From Squalus acanthias (lineage: Eukaryota), in assembly GCA_030390025.1 (NCBI GenBank), contig CM059432.1:88042001-88106000 (forward strand): 64,000 nt of DNA, written 5' to 3'. The notes beneath the pieces were generated by a model. It saw only the letters and a list, made by a program, of their open reading frames with translations. It searched no databases and was not told where the DNA came from. Positions 51,589 through 62,800 of the stretch are shown piece by piece (the stretch's first letter is position 1; every line of letters begins with the position of its first letter). The position numbers and the translations under genes are program-made.

Positions 51589-53847
51589 TATTACTTTGAT
51601 TTATGTATTATAAATTAGCCATTGATGCTGTTTTGTTTACTATATAAATTGCAATCCAGCTGAAGAAAATCTTACCAAAGACCCCTTCCCCTGGTCTGAG
51701 CAGCAGTTGAACTATTATTAAAACCTAACTTGGAGGGTTCAATCTCATACACAATTGAACCATCCAGATTGAGACTTAGATAACTTCACGTTTGAATTTG
51801 AGCACTTGTATTAAATGAATGTTGATCTTTACCTAAAACATTTTCTCAGGCTTTAGGCTCATGTAAATTAGCCTTCCTGACATAAATACTACATCTGTAA
51901 AATTCAAGAGAACTATTTAAAATTGATTCCTCAGCCCGCAGTGAGTGTTCAACCTTTGATATTATTACAGTTTTGAAATATTATTGTACTGTTTCATCTG
52001 AAGCTTAAAAACATTCCACCTGCTTAACTCCTCTTCACCTCAACACCCTAAGTTAAATGCTATCTACTTCAATATTCAGATGCGCAGTAGTGTCACTTGG
52101 CAGGTTATGAATGTTTTCCTTGCCTTCTGTAGTTTCAGGTGACACTGATCTGTATCTGACCATCAGGAGGCTGTCATTGTTTCCCCAGCCAGGCAAAATG
52201 CTCTATTTTCATTGGGTGTTTGGCTAGTACCCCAGCCAAAAACAATTGCGATTGTGTTGCTGTGAAGCTGCTACCATTAATAAACTATGCCGCTTGTTCT
52301 GTAGCCTTTTAACACAATACTGTCGGAAGTACCTTTAACTTATTATTTTGGCTATTTACTTCTTAGGAAAACATCACAGTAAGTGAGATTCTCACAGATA
52401 ATGGTAAAGATAAGGCAGTAAACCCAGTGTATCCAGGTCCCGGAGAAGTTTACGGCTATTCAATAGACTCCTGCCAAAGTTATGGTGGGAATCAACGGGA
52501 AAGGCTGAGCAATTTTGTTCCCAGGATTTTAATCAAATATTTTTTTCTATTTTCACAGGAGAAATCAAGAAATCTTTTATAAATAAAGCTCATAGGGAAG
52601 CACTTCGTTTTTGCTGTGGGTTATGAAGAGGTCGAGGGCATAGTCCTGATGCCAGTTTAGTGACTGCACGTCTACACAATTGTCTGTGATGCAGCACACC
52701 ACAATCTTCTCTGTTTCCTTCATTCCCAAGGGAGTTATGCTTACCCATTCTTAGCTTGTAGCCTCCTTTCCTGCACATCCATCAAAGCAATAGGGAGTAG
52801 AGGGAGATGATAATGTTGATGATGATGATGAGGAGGGGGAGGATGAGAGACAGAATTTCTTCCTCATCGATTATGAGGATGATTAAAACAAGGAACATGA
52901 TAATGAAGAGGGAGAGGAAGTCAAGCTCAGGCCTATCCATGCGTCTTTGGACCAATGTCCTGCCCATGTTCCTCTGCCACAACATCCTCGATAGTAACCC
53001 TTGCATCCCTTGCTTTATCACTGCCACACATCAGCTCAGATACTTGCACCCAGGGGGAATTAAATAGTGTTAGTGAGGATGTGGCACTGGATGATTCACA
53101 GAGCACGAGGGAGTAGGAGGAGTGGGTGATCTATGGAGGTCAAGGAAAAGGCCGTCGCTTTGGAGTTGTGGAACCCAGATCCCATGGGTACTCACCTGAA
53201 AAGAAGGATATTTACGGAACATCGCACCTACCTGCAGGCTCTGCGATCAGTATCGAAGATGCATCACAACTGACGGATATGACTCTCGAGTCTACATCTC
53301 TCATTTGTGGCAACAACAGGGAAGCATTTTTTTTTCTTTGCGGGCAACAATGGAGCATATGACAGCTTCATTGGAATCTGCAGAAGACCCCCACTTAAAA
53401 ATCAGTCAGTGACCAGTCAGTGCCTCCATCTCCATGAAAGTCCAGTCTGCCCAGTAGCAGCTGGGGACGGAAGAGACAGCACCCTGCGTACCGGAATGCA
53501 GTCTGCAGTTTCTCAGGGCTTTTAGGATCTGATAGCTGCCATTTGGTCCATGAACCTGCTTTTCAGTGAGGACACAGATCCAGGGCCCGGTGGAATGATG
53601 ATGGCTGGTGTCCCCTGCCTGATATGGCCTGACAGGACAGCAGCATGTGTGAGGCCTCCAGCTTGCTCCCTCAGTGGCATGCAGGAAGTGACACGCAGGA
53701 AGTGACACCAGGCTGCCCCAGACAGAAACTCCAGAGATGCAGCCAGCTGTGGCTCTCTCCCTGGAGCAAGCTGCAATGAGATAAGGGCCATCTCGGTCCA
53801 CAACCCTTTAGTAGGACAAGAGCAGCAAACCCCCTCTTGCAATACTA

Positions 53848-54146
53848 GAGGTGGGGAGGAGGGGGGGAGGAGGTGGGGGGGGGGAGGAAGGTGGGGGGGG
53901 AGGGAGGTGGGGGAGGAGGGAGGTGGGGGAGGGAGGTGGGGGAAGAGGGAGGTGGGGGAGGAGGGGGGAGGAGGGAGGGAGGTGGGGGAGGGAGGTGAGG
54001 TAGGGAGGTAAAGGGGGAGGGAGGTGGGGGTGGGAGTGAGGGAGGGGGGGAGGTGGGGGAGGGGGAGGTGGGGGAGGGGATGAGGGAGGGAGGTTTGGGT
54101 GGGGGTGGGAGGTGGGGTGGGGGAGGGAGATGGGGGTGGGGGTAGA
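53848..54146 (+). repeat. G-rich low-complexity tract (GGGAGGTGGGG-like units)
   Basis: ~300 bp of G/A/T with essentially no C. Confidence 0.9.
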
Positions 54147-55276
54147 GGTGGTTCAGTATCTCCTGGTGGTCTCACACTGCTTGTTGGGAACTCAACAGGA
54201 AGATCATAGGAGGGGCCAAATCACATTAAGAAACTCAGGAGTGTTGATTTTGGGGTGGAAAACTGCTGTAAATGGATTCGGTTCCAGTTTACTGCGCCCT
54301 TCCCTCCCCCCAAAGTGATGCCCCAATTTTACACAGATATAATGGACCTGGGATATAATGAACTTTAAAAACAGCTCCCACTGGCTACATTATCATCCTT
54401 GAAAAGAATGCTTTTGAAAAGCGTTTTTCTTTCAATAGCTCTTTCTGGAAAATGTCTGATAGCATTGGGCCAAATTGTTACTTCATTTCTGCAACACAAT
54501 AAGTAGGAAGAATATTTTGTGCACTGAATGCAAATGGGGCATGGTGGAAAATGGGAGAAAAAACCTTCTCGGAAGTCAATGTACAAATCTGATCAATGTG
54601 CTCATTTTATGGAAATAAAGAAAATAAATGATTCTCATTAGTGATTGTGAGGAAAATAATATCTGCTATATATTCACAGGAACATAGAAACAGGAGCAGA
54701 TGATTCAGCCCCTTGAGCCTGGTCCACCATTCAATTAGATCATAGCTGATCTGAAGCTCAACTCCATTTACCCACCTTTGCTCGATGGGCTAAAAATTCA
54801 GGGGCTTTACGCTACCCGTTCCCATCAAAAAATCGTGAAAAGAGGGCGGCCTGCTGCTTTTTCGCCAGCTGGTGGCGGGTCCTGTGGCGTCCTCCATTGT
54901 TCCACCCCCGGCAGAGCTGTCGGTAAGATCCATCACCCTGCACAGTAAAATGAGGGAGCGGTGACGTCGGTCGGCGTGCAACAGCGACTTAACGTCACCA
55001 CGGCGAACTTGAACCTTTGTGCTGAATTCAGCGCTGGGTCCTAAACTCACCATGTAAACACAGCGTTCAGCAGACTGACAGAGGCGTTGTCAGCACCTCT
55101 TAAAAGGGACACACACATCTTTCAGGTAAGTTTGTATTTAAGCATTTGGACTGGTTTTTTTTGATTTTACTGAAGTAGTGGCTTGCTGCAATATATGTTA
55201 AAAGTTTTTTTTAGTGTGTAGCGAGTGCAGCTGGATGCTTGCAAGGCCTCAGGTGGTAAAGGAAGGCCTCTGAGAA

Positions 55277-55401
55277 GACAGAAAAAGCTGCAAATACTCA
55301 GCAGGTCAGGCAGCATCCGTGGAGAGAGAAACAGAGTTAACATTTCAGGTCAAGATGCTGCCTGACCTGCTAATTATTTCCAGAATTTTATGTTGTCATT
55401 T
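55277..55401. mobile_element. Penelope terminal fold-back fragment immediately left of the ERV
   Basis: AGCAGGTCAGGCAGCATC ... GATGCTGCCTGACCTGCT inverted pair, matching 8700-8770. Confidence 0.65.
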
Positions 55402-55980
55402 TTGTAGAATTCGCAATATATCGCGATTTTATTAATAAGGAGAAAACACAGAGTCTCGTTCAAACAGCTTTTATTTCAGCAGAATGCTGTCAGGTTTCTC
55501 AAAGTGGACACAAGCAGCCTGTAAAATGGCCGCCGCACCTCGTGACAGAACATTCTAGACTTTTCGACAGGCAGACAAGATGGCGTTCCAATAAACATTT
55601 GTGCAAGATCGATTAAGATTCAGCACAGTGAAGATAATACACGAGACATTATGGGTTTGCAGTATACACATAAATACTGAAATCGGTCTCCCAGGTACGA
55701 ATAAAAGCTATTGTACCGAGTAATCAAGGGCCCATCCAAAAGACATTAATATGTAAAATCCCAACGACTCTACGATGAGAGAGCCGTTAGCAGGTAGTTA
55801 TACAAAACACTTGGAAGCCCCAAAACCCCTCCAGGGAGAACACCGACCGATTTAACAATGGGAGAAATATTAACAGGTACTCAGACAGTTACGAGTAGCC
55901 CCGAAACCCATTAAGAACGGAGATCACCCATACAAGACATTTGAGCGCCAAACTCAAACAAAAGAAAGGACATTAAGGTT

Positions 55981-56012
55981 GGGCGGGAAACGGAAGATTT
56001 TGTACTATAATT
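55981..56012 (+). promoter_or_regulatory. candidate LTR core promoter
   Basis: GGGCGG (Sp1 box), CGGAAG (ETS core), TATAAT, then pyrimidine-rich initiator-like sequence ~25-30 nt downstream. Confidence 0.45.
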
Positions 56013-56221
56013 ACAAGCTCCAACCGTCCATCTTTCTCTTATTCTCTTATCCGATCGACTCGTAACCTCGTGGCTGCTCCTGTGTTTTTGACTCGTAGTC
56101 TTGTTCCTGCTTGCCTGGTGCCTCTTTGAAAAAGACTGTTGAACTTTCTGATCCGTTCGGATCTACCTCGTGTCGCGTAACGAAGACCTATGTTGGTAAC
56201 TGGCATCGGAACCAAAGGCCC

Positions 56222-56258
56222 GAGATGAGATGAGATGAGATGAGATGAGATGAGATGA
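56222..56258 (+). repeat. (GAGAT)7 microsatellite inside LTR
   Basis: Direct reading. Confidence 0.9.
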
Positions 56259-57052
56259 GAAGAGAGGAAGACCATACTCATCGCCACGGTCAGTAAATCC
56301 CGACCGTGCCTGTAGGTCGAACAGCCAAGTTTTCCTTGCCAGGAAGACTTCTTTGAACTTGCAAGAACGGATCGTCAAAGATGATATTGACTGGGCTGTA
56401 TTCGGAAAGTACCTGTTAAACCAACCAACACAGATCTTCATCACAGCAGACGGTCCAGCCTGCTAGCCGGAGCAGAAGCAAGTAAACAAGTGGGACCAGG
56501 AGACCTCCTGATCGACACGTGGGTGCTGCGGTGAAAAACATCCGATCAGCTATTCGGAATTTCTCCGAGTTATCACGAGTGGTGAGCATGAGTCTCGAAA
56601 TCCTACGAATCTAGCTAGGACAGATATTGATAGGGGAGGGTTTAAGTATTAAGGATACTTGTAATGTGTGCCCCTATTTACGGTGTGTCGTTCGTTCCTC
56701 GTTTCCCTAGGATCAGCTATATAACTGCTTGTAAGATTGTACTGTCATTAATCTGTGCTTATGACATGTATTTCGTAATCTTAAATATCATGCAATAAAG
56801 ATTTTCCATTTCGTACCATTCAACCGAGTCTACATGAGTTTCATCTCCATTACTGCTCTCGCATCTAAGTCCAGTGTCTAGAACCATAAGGGCGAGTGAT
56901 TCGAACCACTCACAGGTGTGTCTAGTGCTCCCAGACTGGCTGGAGACCAGAACAGGCAACAAGGCCTAAACCCGCACTGACATACAGGCTGCACAGAGCC
57001 GCGTGAATCTCACAGGCTGCGAGACACGCAGGGTCAGAATCCCTTACAGAAA

Positions 57053-58861
57053 ATGGCGACCGCGGCAGGACACTGGCAGCGAGAGGGTAGTGTGTTAGAC
57101 TTTGGAATGACTGTACGAAATGTTATGCAGGAAAAGATAGCAGATTATGTGTTCGGAAAGGTTAATCTAACTAAGAAATGGATAAGTGAATTGTTAGCGG
57201 ATAAAAGCCCGCTAGAGGCAGCCGAAAGGTGGACAGATAGTAAAGAACATAAAAAGACACTCGAGAAAGCAGTCTGGCTTATGTGTTACAAAAGGCAGGT
57301 TCAGATTTCAAACCAGACCATTACAGCGCTAGTAGCTCGAATCAGTCATTTAGAGGGAGAAATGGATGAGAAGGTTTCTGGAGGGGAAATGCTCATTAGG
57401 AATTTAAGTGCGTTGCACCAAGAACGCCGGGAAATCTCCAGTCACCATAAAACAAGGATAGATTACCTCGAGTGTCAGGTCACTGAGGCAAAGTTAAATG
57501 AGAGCAGGTTAAAGGAACTATGTGCCCGCCAAGCTGCCCAGATAAGAACTCAGGAAGAGAGCTTAACGGGGGTTAGGGCGGCATATAAGTTGGCCCTTGA
57601 GGATAAGTTTCAGGGAGCCGATCATAGCGCCTGCCAAAAAGAGATAGAGCACCTCAAAAAGGCCGTGAACAAAGCGCACGGCATGGTGTGCCTTATCAGT
57701 CCGTCAGCACACCAGCCGCTAGTAAGTGAGAAGTTTAAGAAATCCCCACCAAGTAAAGCAGAGGAAGTAGTAGCCACTGCGCCCTCCGCGCCACCCAGCT
57801 ATTCGGAAACCTGGGTTAGGGAGGAAGCAATGGAAGAAACGAAAGAGCCCATTGAGAAAGAAGTGGAAAAGGGACCGTTGTATCCAGTAACGGGTATTAA
57901 AAGGGGCCCAAACAGAAACGGTGGGGAAGAACCAGGGGATCTCCTCGGACAGCTTGTGTTGCCTCACAGCTCACACCAGCTGAGAGTTATGATAAATCAC
58001 GTACGGAAGCTGACCGAGTCAGACGGCCCTTCCGTACATTTCAGAGAAGTTGAGCAAACCGCAGCCATTAACGGCTGCGATGATGGGGAAACAGCAAAAA
58101 TGCTGTTGTTTTCGTTAGGCAGTACAATCCTTCAGTGTCTCTCAGGCGAGAGCAAGAGGGGAACCAAGACTTATGAGGCATTAAAGAATGAGGTCCTGGA
58201 AGTGTTGGGGGCGGACGATGAAGGTCCGTTTGCTAGAGTGGGACAGACAGTGCAGATGGAGGGAGAACCCCCGAAGGTTTTTGCCGACAGGCTGTGGCCA
58301 GTATATGAGCGCAGCTGTCTAGGTGCGCCCGAGCGCGAAGATGTGGAAGGCGCCGGTTTAGCTCATTGGCTTAGGTGCATAATAGCCAACAGTTTACCAG
58401 CCATCAGAGAGCAGGCAAAAGCATGGTTTGATCCCAATGACCCCAACATTACGGAAGAGTCGGTCTTGAATCGACTCACGTTAGGATATCGCAATATAAG
58501 GGGTATGGCAACACGTCCCCTTAAGGGAAAAGTACATGAGGTACGACCCGCAGCCCCGTATCAAAGAGAGTGGCATCAGGAGGGTAATCGCGCCCCACAG
58601 GCAAGTAATGCTTGTTACGGGTGTGGGAAGACAGGGCACTGGCGCAAGCATTGCAGGAACCCTTGGAAAGATTCCAAGGATAAAAATCCCGCGGTCCGAG
58701 CCCAGGCGCCTGTCCCGGCTAGGGAAGCTAATGCACCCACCCCTCCCGACGACCTCGAAGTAGTGTTAGGAGCCATGCGCAATCTATTGAGTGCACATGG
58801 AAAGGTGGCTGTCGCAACCGGCCCCGTAGGTGCCGCAGGACCGTCTAATAGTACCCCATGA
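57053..58861 (+). CDS. gag: Gag polyprotein (602 aa)
   Basis: Intact ORF; N-terminal coiled-coil-like region, PSAPPSY late motif, CYGCGKTGHWRKHC zinc knuckle (58613-58654). Confidence 0.9.
   Translation: MATAAGHWQREGSVLDFGMTVRNVMQEKIADYVFGKVNLTKKWISELLADKSPLEAAERWTDSKEHKKTLEKAVWLMCYKRQVQISNQTITALVARISHLEGEMDEKVSGGEMLIRNLSALHQERREISSHHKTRIDYLECQVTEAKLNESRLKELCARQAAQIRTQEESLTGVRAAYKLALEDKFQGADHSACQKEIEHLKKAVNKAHGMVCLISPSAHQPLVSEKFKKSPPSKAEEVVATAPSAPPSYSETWVREEAMEETKEPIEKEVEKGPLYPVTGIKRGPNRNGGEEPGDLLGQLVLPHSSHQLRVMINHVRKLTESDGPSVHFREVEQTAAINGCDDGETAKMLLFSLGSTILQCLSGESKRGTKTYEALKNEVLEVLGADDEGPFARVGQTVQMEGEPPKVFADRLWPVYERSCLGAPEREDVEGAGLAHWLRCIIANSLPAIREQAKAWFDPNDPNITEESVLNRLTLGYRNIRGMATRPLKGKVHEVRPAAPYQREWHQEGNRAPQASNACYGCGKTGHWRKHCRNPWKDSKDKNPAVRAQAPVPAREANAPTPPDDLEVVLGAMRNLLSAHGKVAVATGPVGAAGPSNSTP
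57054..57071 (+). promoter_or_regulatory. primer binding site (tRNA-Ser-like)
   Basis: TGGCGACCGCGGCAGGAC 5 nt after ...TTACA; TGG complements tRNA CCA and the rest resembles tRNA-Ser 3' ends. Confidence 0.55.
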
Positions 58862-59869
58862 CTAGAACCCGCGCAGCCCGTCTACCTGTGTCCGCTTAGC
58901 TATGATGCGTGGAAGCGACCTTTGGTGGAGATGGAGGTAGAGAAACAGAGGGGTAGTTATTTGTTGGACACGGGAGCTTCTTGCACCATAATCCATACAG
59001 ATAGCCCTTTTGACTCGCCGCTATCTACCAGGGTCCCATTCACGTTAGCGGGGTTCACAGGAAAAGAACAGGCTGGCGCGTTCTCCCTTCCGCTATCCAT
59101 TCGTTTGGGAGCACTTCACCTTAAGTGGAAGTGTATACTGATGGAATGGCAGGAGGGGGGTGGAAGAGGTATTCTCGGGTCTGATCTTCTATCGGGACAC
59201 GGGATCCTCGTGGACCTCAGAAATCACTGTCTCTGGGGGGCTAAGGGTGAAAAAGGCGAGGTAGTAGTGATTCCGGGGGAGGAAGAAACAGGGGTCCTGT
59301 GTACCGTACAGCCATCCGGAGGCTACGACCTCAGGCTTATGGTCGCAGATGTCCCAACGGACATGCAAACGTACGTGTCAGATAATATGCACGCGTTTGC
59401 AACCCACAAGCACGATTGTGGGAGGGTTATCGGGTTTGAGGTCAGCGTAGATGGGGACCCCATGACCCGACCCCAAAAGCAGTATAACTTCCCCAAAGAA
59501 GCAGAACCCGATATGGAGACAGCAATGTCCTCCTTGGTGCAGCAGGGCGTGTTGAGGCCGATAGCCACACACGTGAACTCCCCATTATGGCCGGTTAGGA
59601 AGCCGGATAATTCGTGGAGAGCCACGGTGGACTACAGAGTCCTTAACAGTAACATTCCCGCCTGCGCGCCCACGGTAGCAGCAGTTGCTGACCTAATAGG
59701 GAGCATCCCAGCGTCCGCGACCACGTTCACGGTGCTGGATATCTCGAACGGTTTTTGGTCCATCCCGCTGAGGCGAGAGGACCAGTACAAGTTTGCCTTT
59801 ACTTTCAAGGGACAACAGTACACATGGAACTGTCTGCCACAGGGTTTCCACAATAGCCCCAGTATTTTT
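58862..59869 (+). CDS. pol: Pol 5' part (protease + RT N-terminus), in frame with gag after the UGA
   Basis: LLDTGAS, ILGSD, NSPLWPVRKPD.SWR..VDYR.LN, LDISNGFWSIPL, LPQGFHNSP. Confidence 0.9.
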
Positions 59870-62800
59870 CCATCAGTGTATGGCAGGAAGTTTAAAGGAG
59901 TTTAGTCAGCCCAATCAGATAGTGCAGTACGTGGATGATTTGCTCCTATTTACGGACTCAAGGGAGGAGCATGGACCACTACTGGACGAGTTATTGGAGC
60001 TGCTAGCGAGAAAGGGTTTAAAAATAAATCCTAAGAAAGCACGTATCGGTCAGCGGGAAGTAAAATTCCTGGGACTGACCATACGCGCTGGGGAAAGAGC
60101 CATAGACAAAGCGAGGAGGGAGTCGGTGCAAGAATTACCGATTCCCAACAACATAAGGGGTGTGAGGTCCTTCTTGGGACTGACCGGTTACTGCAGGGAC
60201 TTTATCGAAGACTATGCGGCCACAGCAGCGCTGCTCCTCCGACTCCTCCATAAGGGGGTGGAGTGGTCTTGGGACGAGGGCTGCCAAGCAGCCTTCGAGA
60301 AGTTAAAAAGGGATCTGCAGACCGCGCCAGCCTTAGGGGCCATAGATGGGGGGAAGGAGTTTTTCCTGGAGGTAGCTGCCAGCGGAGACAGCTTGAGCGC
60401 TGTGCTGCTCCAAGAGCGTCACGGCAAGCTGAGGCCGGTTGTCTATTCATCCAGGGTGTTAACGGATGTGGAGAGAAGTTTCTCCAATTGCGAAAGGCAC
60501 CTTTTAGCCACGCATTGGGCTGTGAAAAGATCAGCGATCTTCACAGGGCTCTCTCCCATCACTCTCCTCACACATCACACACCAACTAAGATGCTTCTGG
60601 ATGGGAGGATTAAAGATGGGACCGTAAGCAGCGCGCGCATTGCGCGCTGGACCCTTCTTCTTTCCCAGATGGATCTTAAAGTAAAAGGTCTTTGCGAGCC
60701 CAGGCTTGCGGCCAATTTGGTATACCCCGGTACAGCCCACCGGTGTTCGGTGGAAGGGGTGTGGGACATCAACATAGGTTTACGGGCCGGGATACATCCC
60801 ACTGGGTGCGAGATTTATGTTGATGGGTCTAGCACAGTATCTGCTGGCGAACGACTCACGGGGTGTGGAGTTTATGACCCTGCGGCAAACCTTGCCCTGG
60901 CGATCAAGCTCCCCAGCACCATGAGCGCGCAGCAGGCTGAGCTGTCTGCCGTGGTGTACGTTGTTACCCACCCAGACATTTTCCCAACCCCATACACGAT
61001 TTGCTCGGACAGTATGTTCACCTGCAATTCGTGTACGGAATACCTGGCCATTTGGTCCCGCCGTGGATACACCTCCGCGGACGGGCGACCTTTAACGGTG
61101 AAGCCCTTGCTGGAAAAGATCTTAGCAGCAGCAGTAGGGGAGGAAGGAGAGATTTTCATCCATAAGGTGAAAGCTCACTCCTCCACAGAGCCCCGTGGGG
61201 AGGGCAACCAGCAGGCGGATGCGCTAGCCAGGGAAGGTGCCCGCAACGGCATTTTCTGGGACCCCTATGGGACCAGACCCATAGCAGCGATCCAAGGCAG
61301 GGACGGGAATCCCGGGAACACCAGGGTAGCATTGCCCCTAGACCTTAAGACCGTCCAAACCCAGGATCCCGCCCTAAAAGCAGTCCTAAAAACCATTGCT
61401 GAGGGGAGGCAGGTAGAAGGTCCGTACAGTACGGCAACCCTCTCAGTTAAGGAAGGCATGCTGTTCCGCGAGGAGCAGTGGGTTGTGCCGCAGCAGCACA
61501 GGAGGGAATTCCTCCAGTTGGCTCACGAGGGACCAGGGGCAGGGCACCCCGGGCCCGAGGTTACCTGGCAACGGGTAGAGCAAGCGGGATGGTGGCCAGG
61601 GCTCAGGGAACAAGTCCGCGAGTTCTGTGCAAACTGTCTTGTGTGCGCTGCAAACAACCCAGACCCCCAGAAAAGGAAGGTGCCCATGGAACACGTAAGA
61701 AGGGTAGAGGGACCATGGCAGTCGATACAGATCGACTATATAGGACCCCTGCCCACCACCCAGGGAGGTTATAAATACTGCCTCGTCTTGGTGGATGTGT
61801 TTTCCAAGTGGATGGAAGCCTTCCCCTGTCGAACAGCTACGGCACTGGGTACTGCAAAAATCTTGGTCCGGGAAGTGTTCTCGCGGTGGGGACTTCCCCG
61901 TTTTGTGGAGTCAGACCAAGGGAGTCATTTCACCGGCCAGGTGATGCAGAACACCCTCATGCTTTTGGGCATTGAAGGGAAGTGGCACGTAGCACACAAT
62001 CCCCAGTCATCCGGGATTGTTGAACGCATGAACCGGACCCTGAAGGAGAAATTGAGGAAAGAGACTAGGAACTCGCCCCAAAAATGGGCGGAAGTTCTGC
62101 CTTTAGTCCTCATGGGGGTCCGGGCCAGTCAGTCAAAAAGTACGGGGTACTCCCCGCACGAGGTGATGACTGGGAGGCTCATGCGAACCCCCACCCATGT
62201 GCTAGCGCCGGTGCTCACTGAGGGTCAGCTCCAAGAGATAAGCAGGGACAAGTTCGCCCAGACTCTCTTGGAGCGCCTGAAGCAGGTTTATGAGCAGGCG
62301 GCTGGGAACATGGGAAGGCAGCATCAGGGCAATCGCCTGCTGCTGGAACCCCGCAAAACGCGGGAGTGGGAAGTAGGAGACCAGGTCATGGTCAGAAACT
62401 ACGCCAGAGTAGGGAGTCTGGAACCACTGTATATGGGACCCTACAACATTGTAGACAAGGCGAGTCCCATGGTATACGCCGTAAAAGTACCTCGGCGCAC
62501 TAAGTGGTTCCACGTAAACCAATGCAAACTGTACAAGCCAGGTGCGCAAGGGAAAACCACAGCGGTAAACCCTGCCAGTGGGGAAGCACAGCCCCAGGTA
62601 GGACCACAAGGCACACAGGCAGGCATAGCAGCTTGCATCAGGGGAGGGGACATCCTGGAAGATCATGAAGCCTTTTTGTGGAGTTGGGAGTCAGATGAGG
62701 GAGAATTCCGGGAACTCGAGTCAGATGAGGATAGTGATGAAGACGAGTGGTTTTTGGGGAACGGTCCCATTTTAGGTATAGGGAGGATACGGGCTGCAGA

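Larger units (their letters stand above)
55403..57048 (+). repeat. putative 5' LTR (~1.65 kb)
   Basis: TGTA...TACA ends; starts where the Penelope remnant ends and stops just before the PBS; GC box/ETS/TATA at 55981-56010; AATAAA at 56794; the 3' LTR is not in the window, so boundaries are inferred. Confidence 0.55.

Noticed and set aside
53522..54175. 217-aa proline-rich ORF
   Set aside because: Translation of the G-rich low-complexity tract; no coding evidence
56222..56258. CRISPR-like or functional repeat array
   Set aside because: Simple GAGAT microsatellite without spacers in eukaryotic DNA; the CRISP in the gene name refers to cysteine-rich secretory protein
59793..59905. Programmed ribosomal frameshift between the two pol ORFs
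   Set aside because: The shift lies in the middle of the conserved RT core with no X XXY YYZ slippery site; an indel or assembly error is simpler
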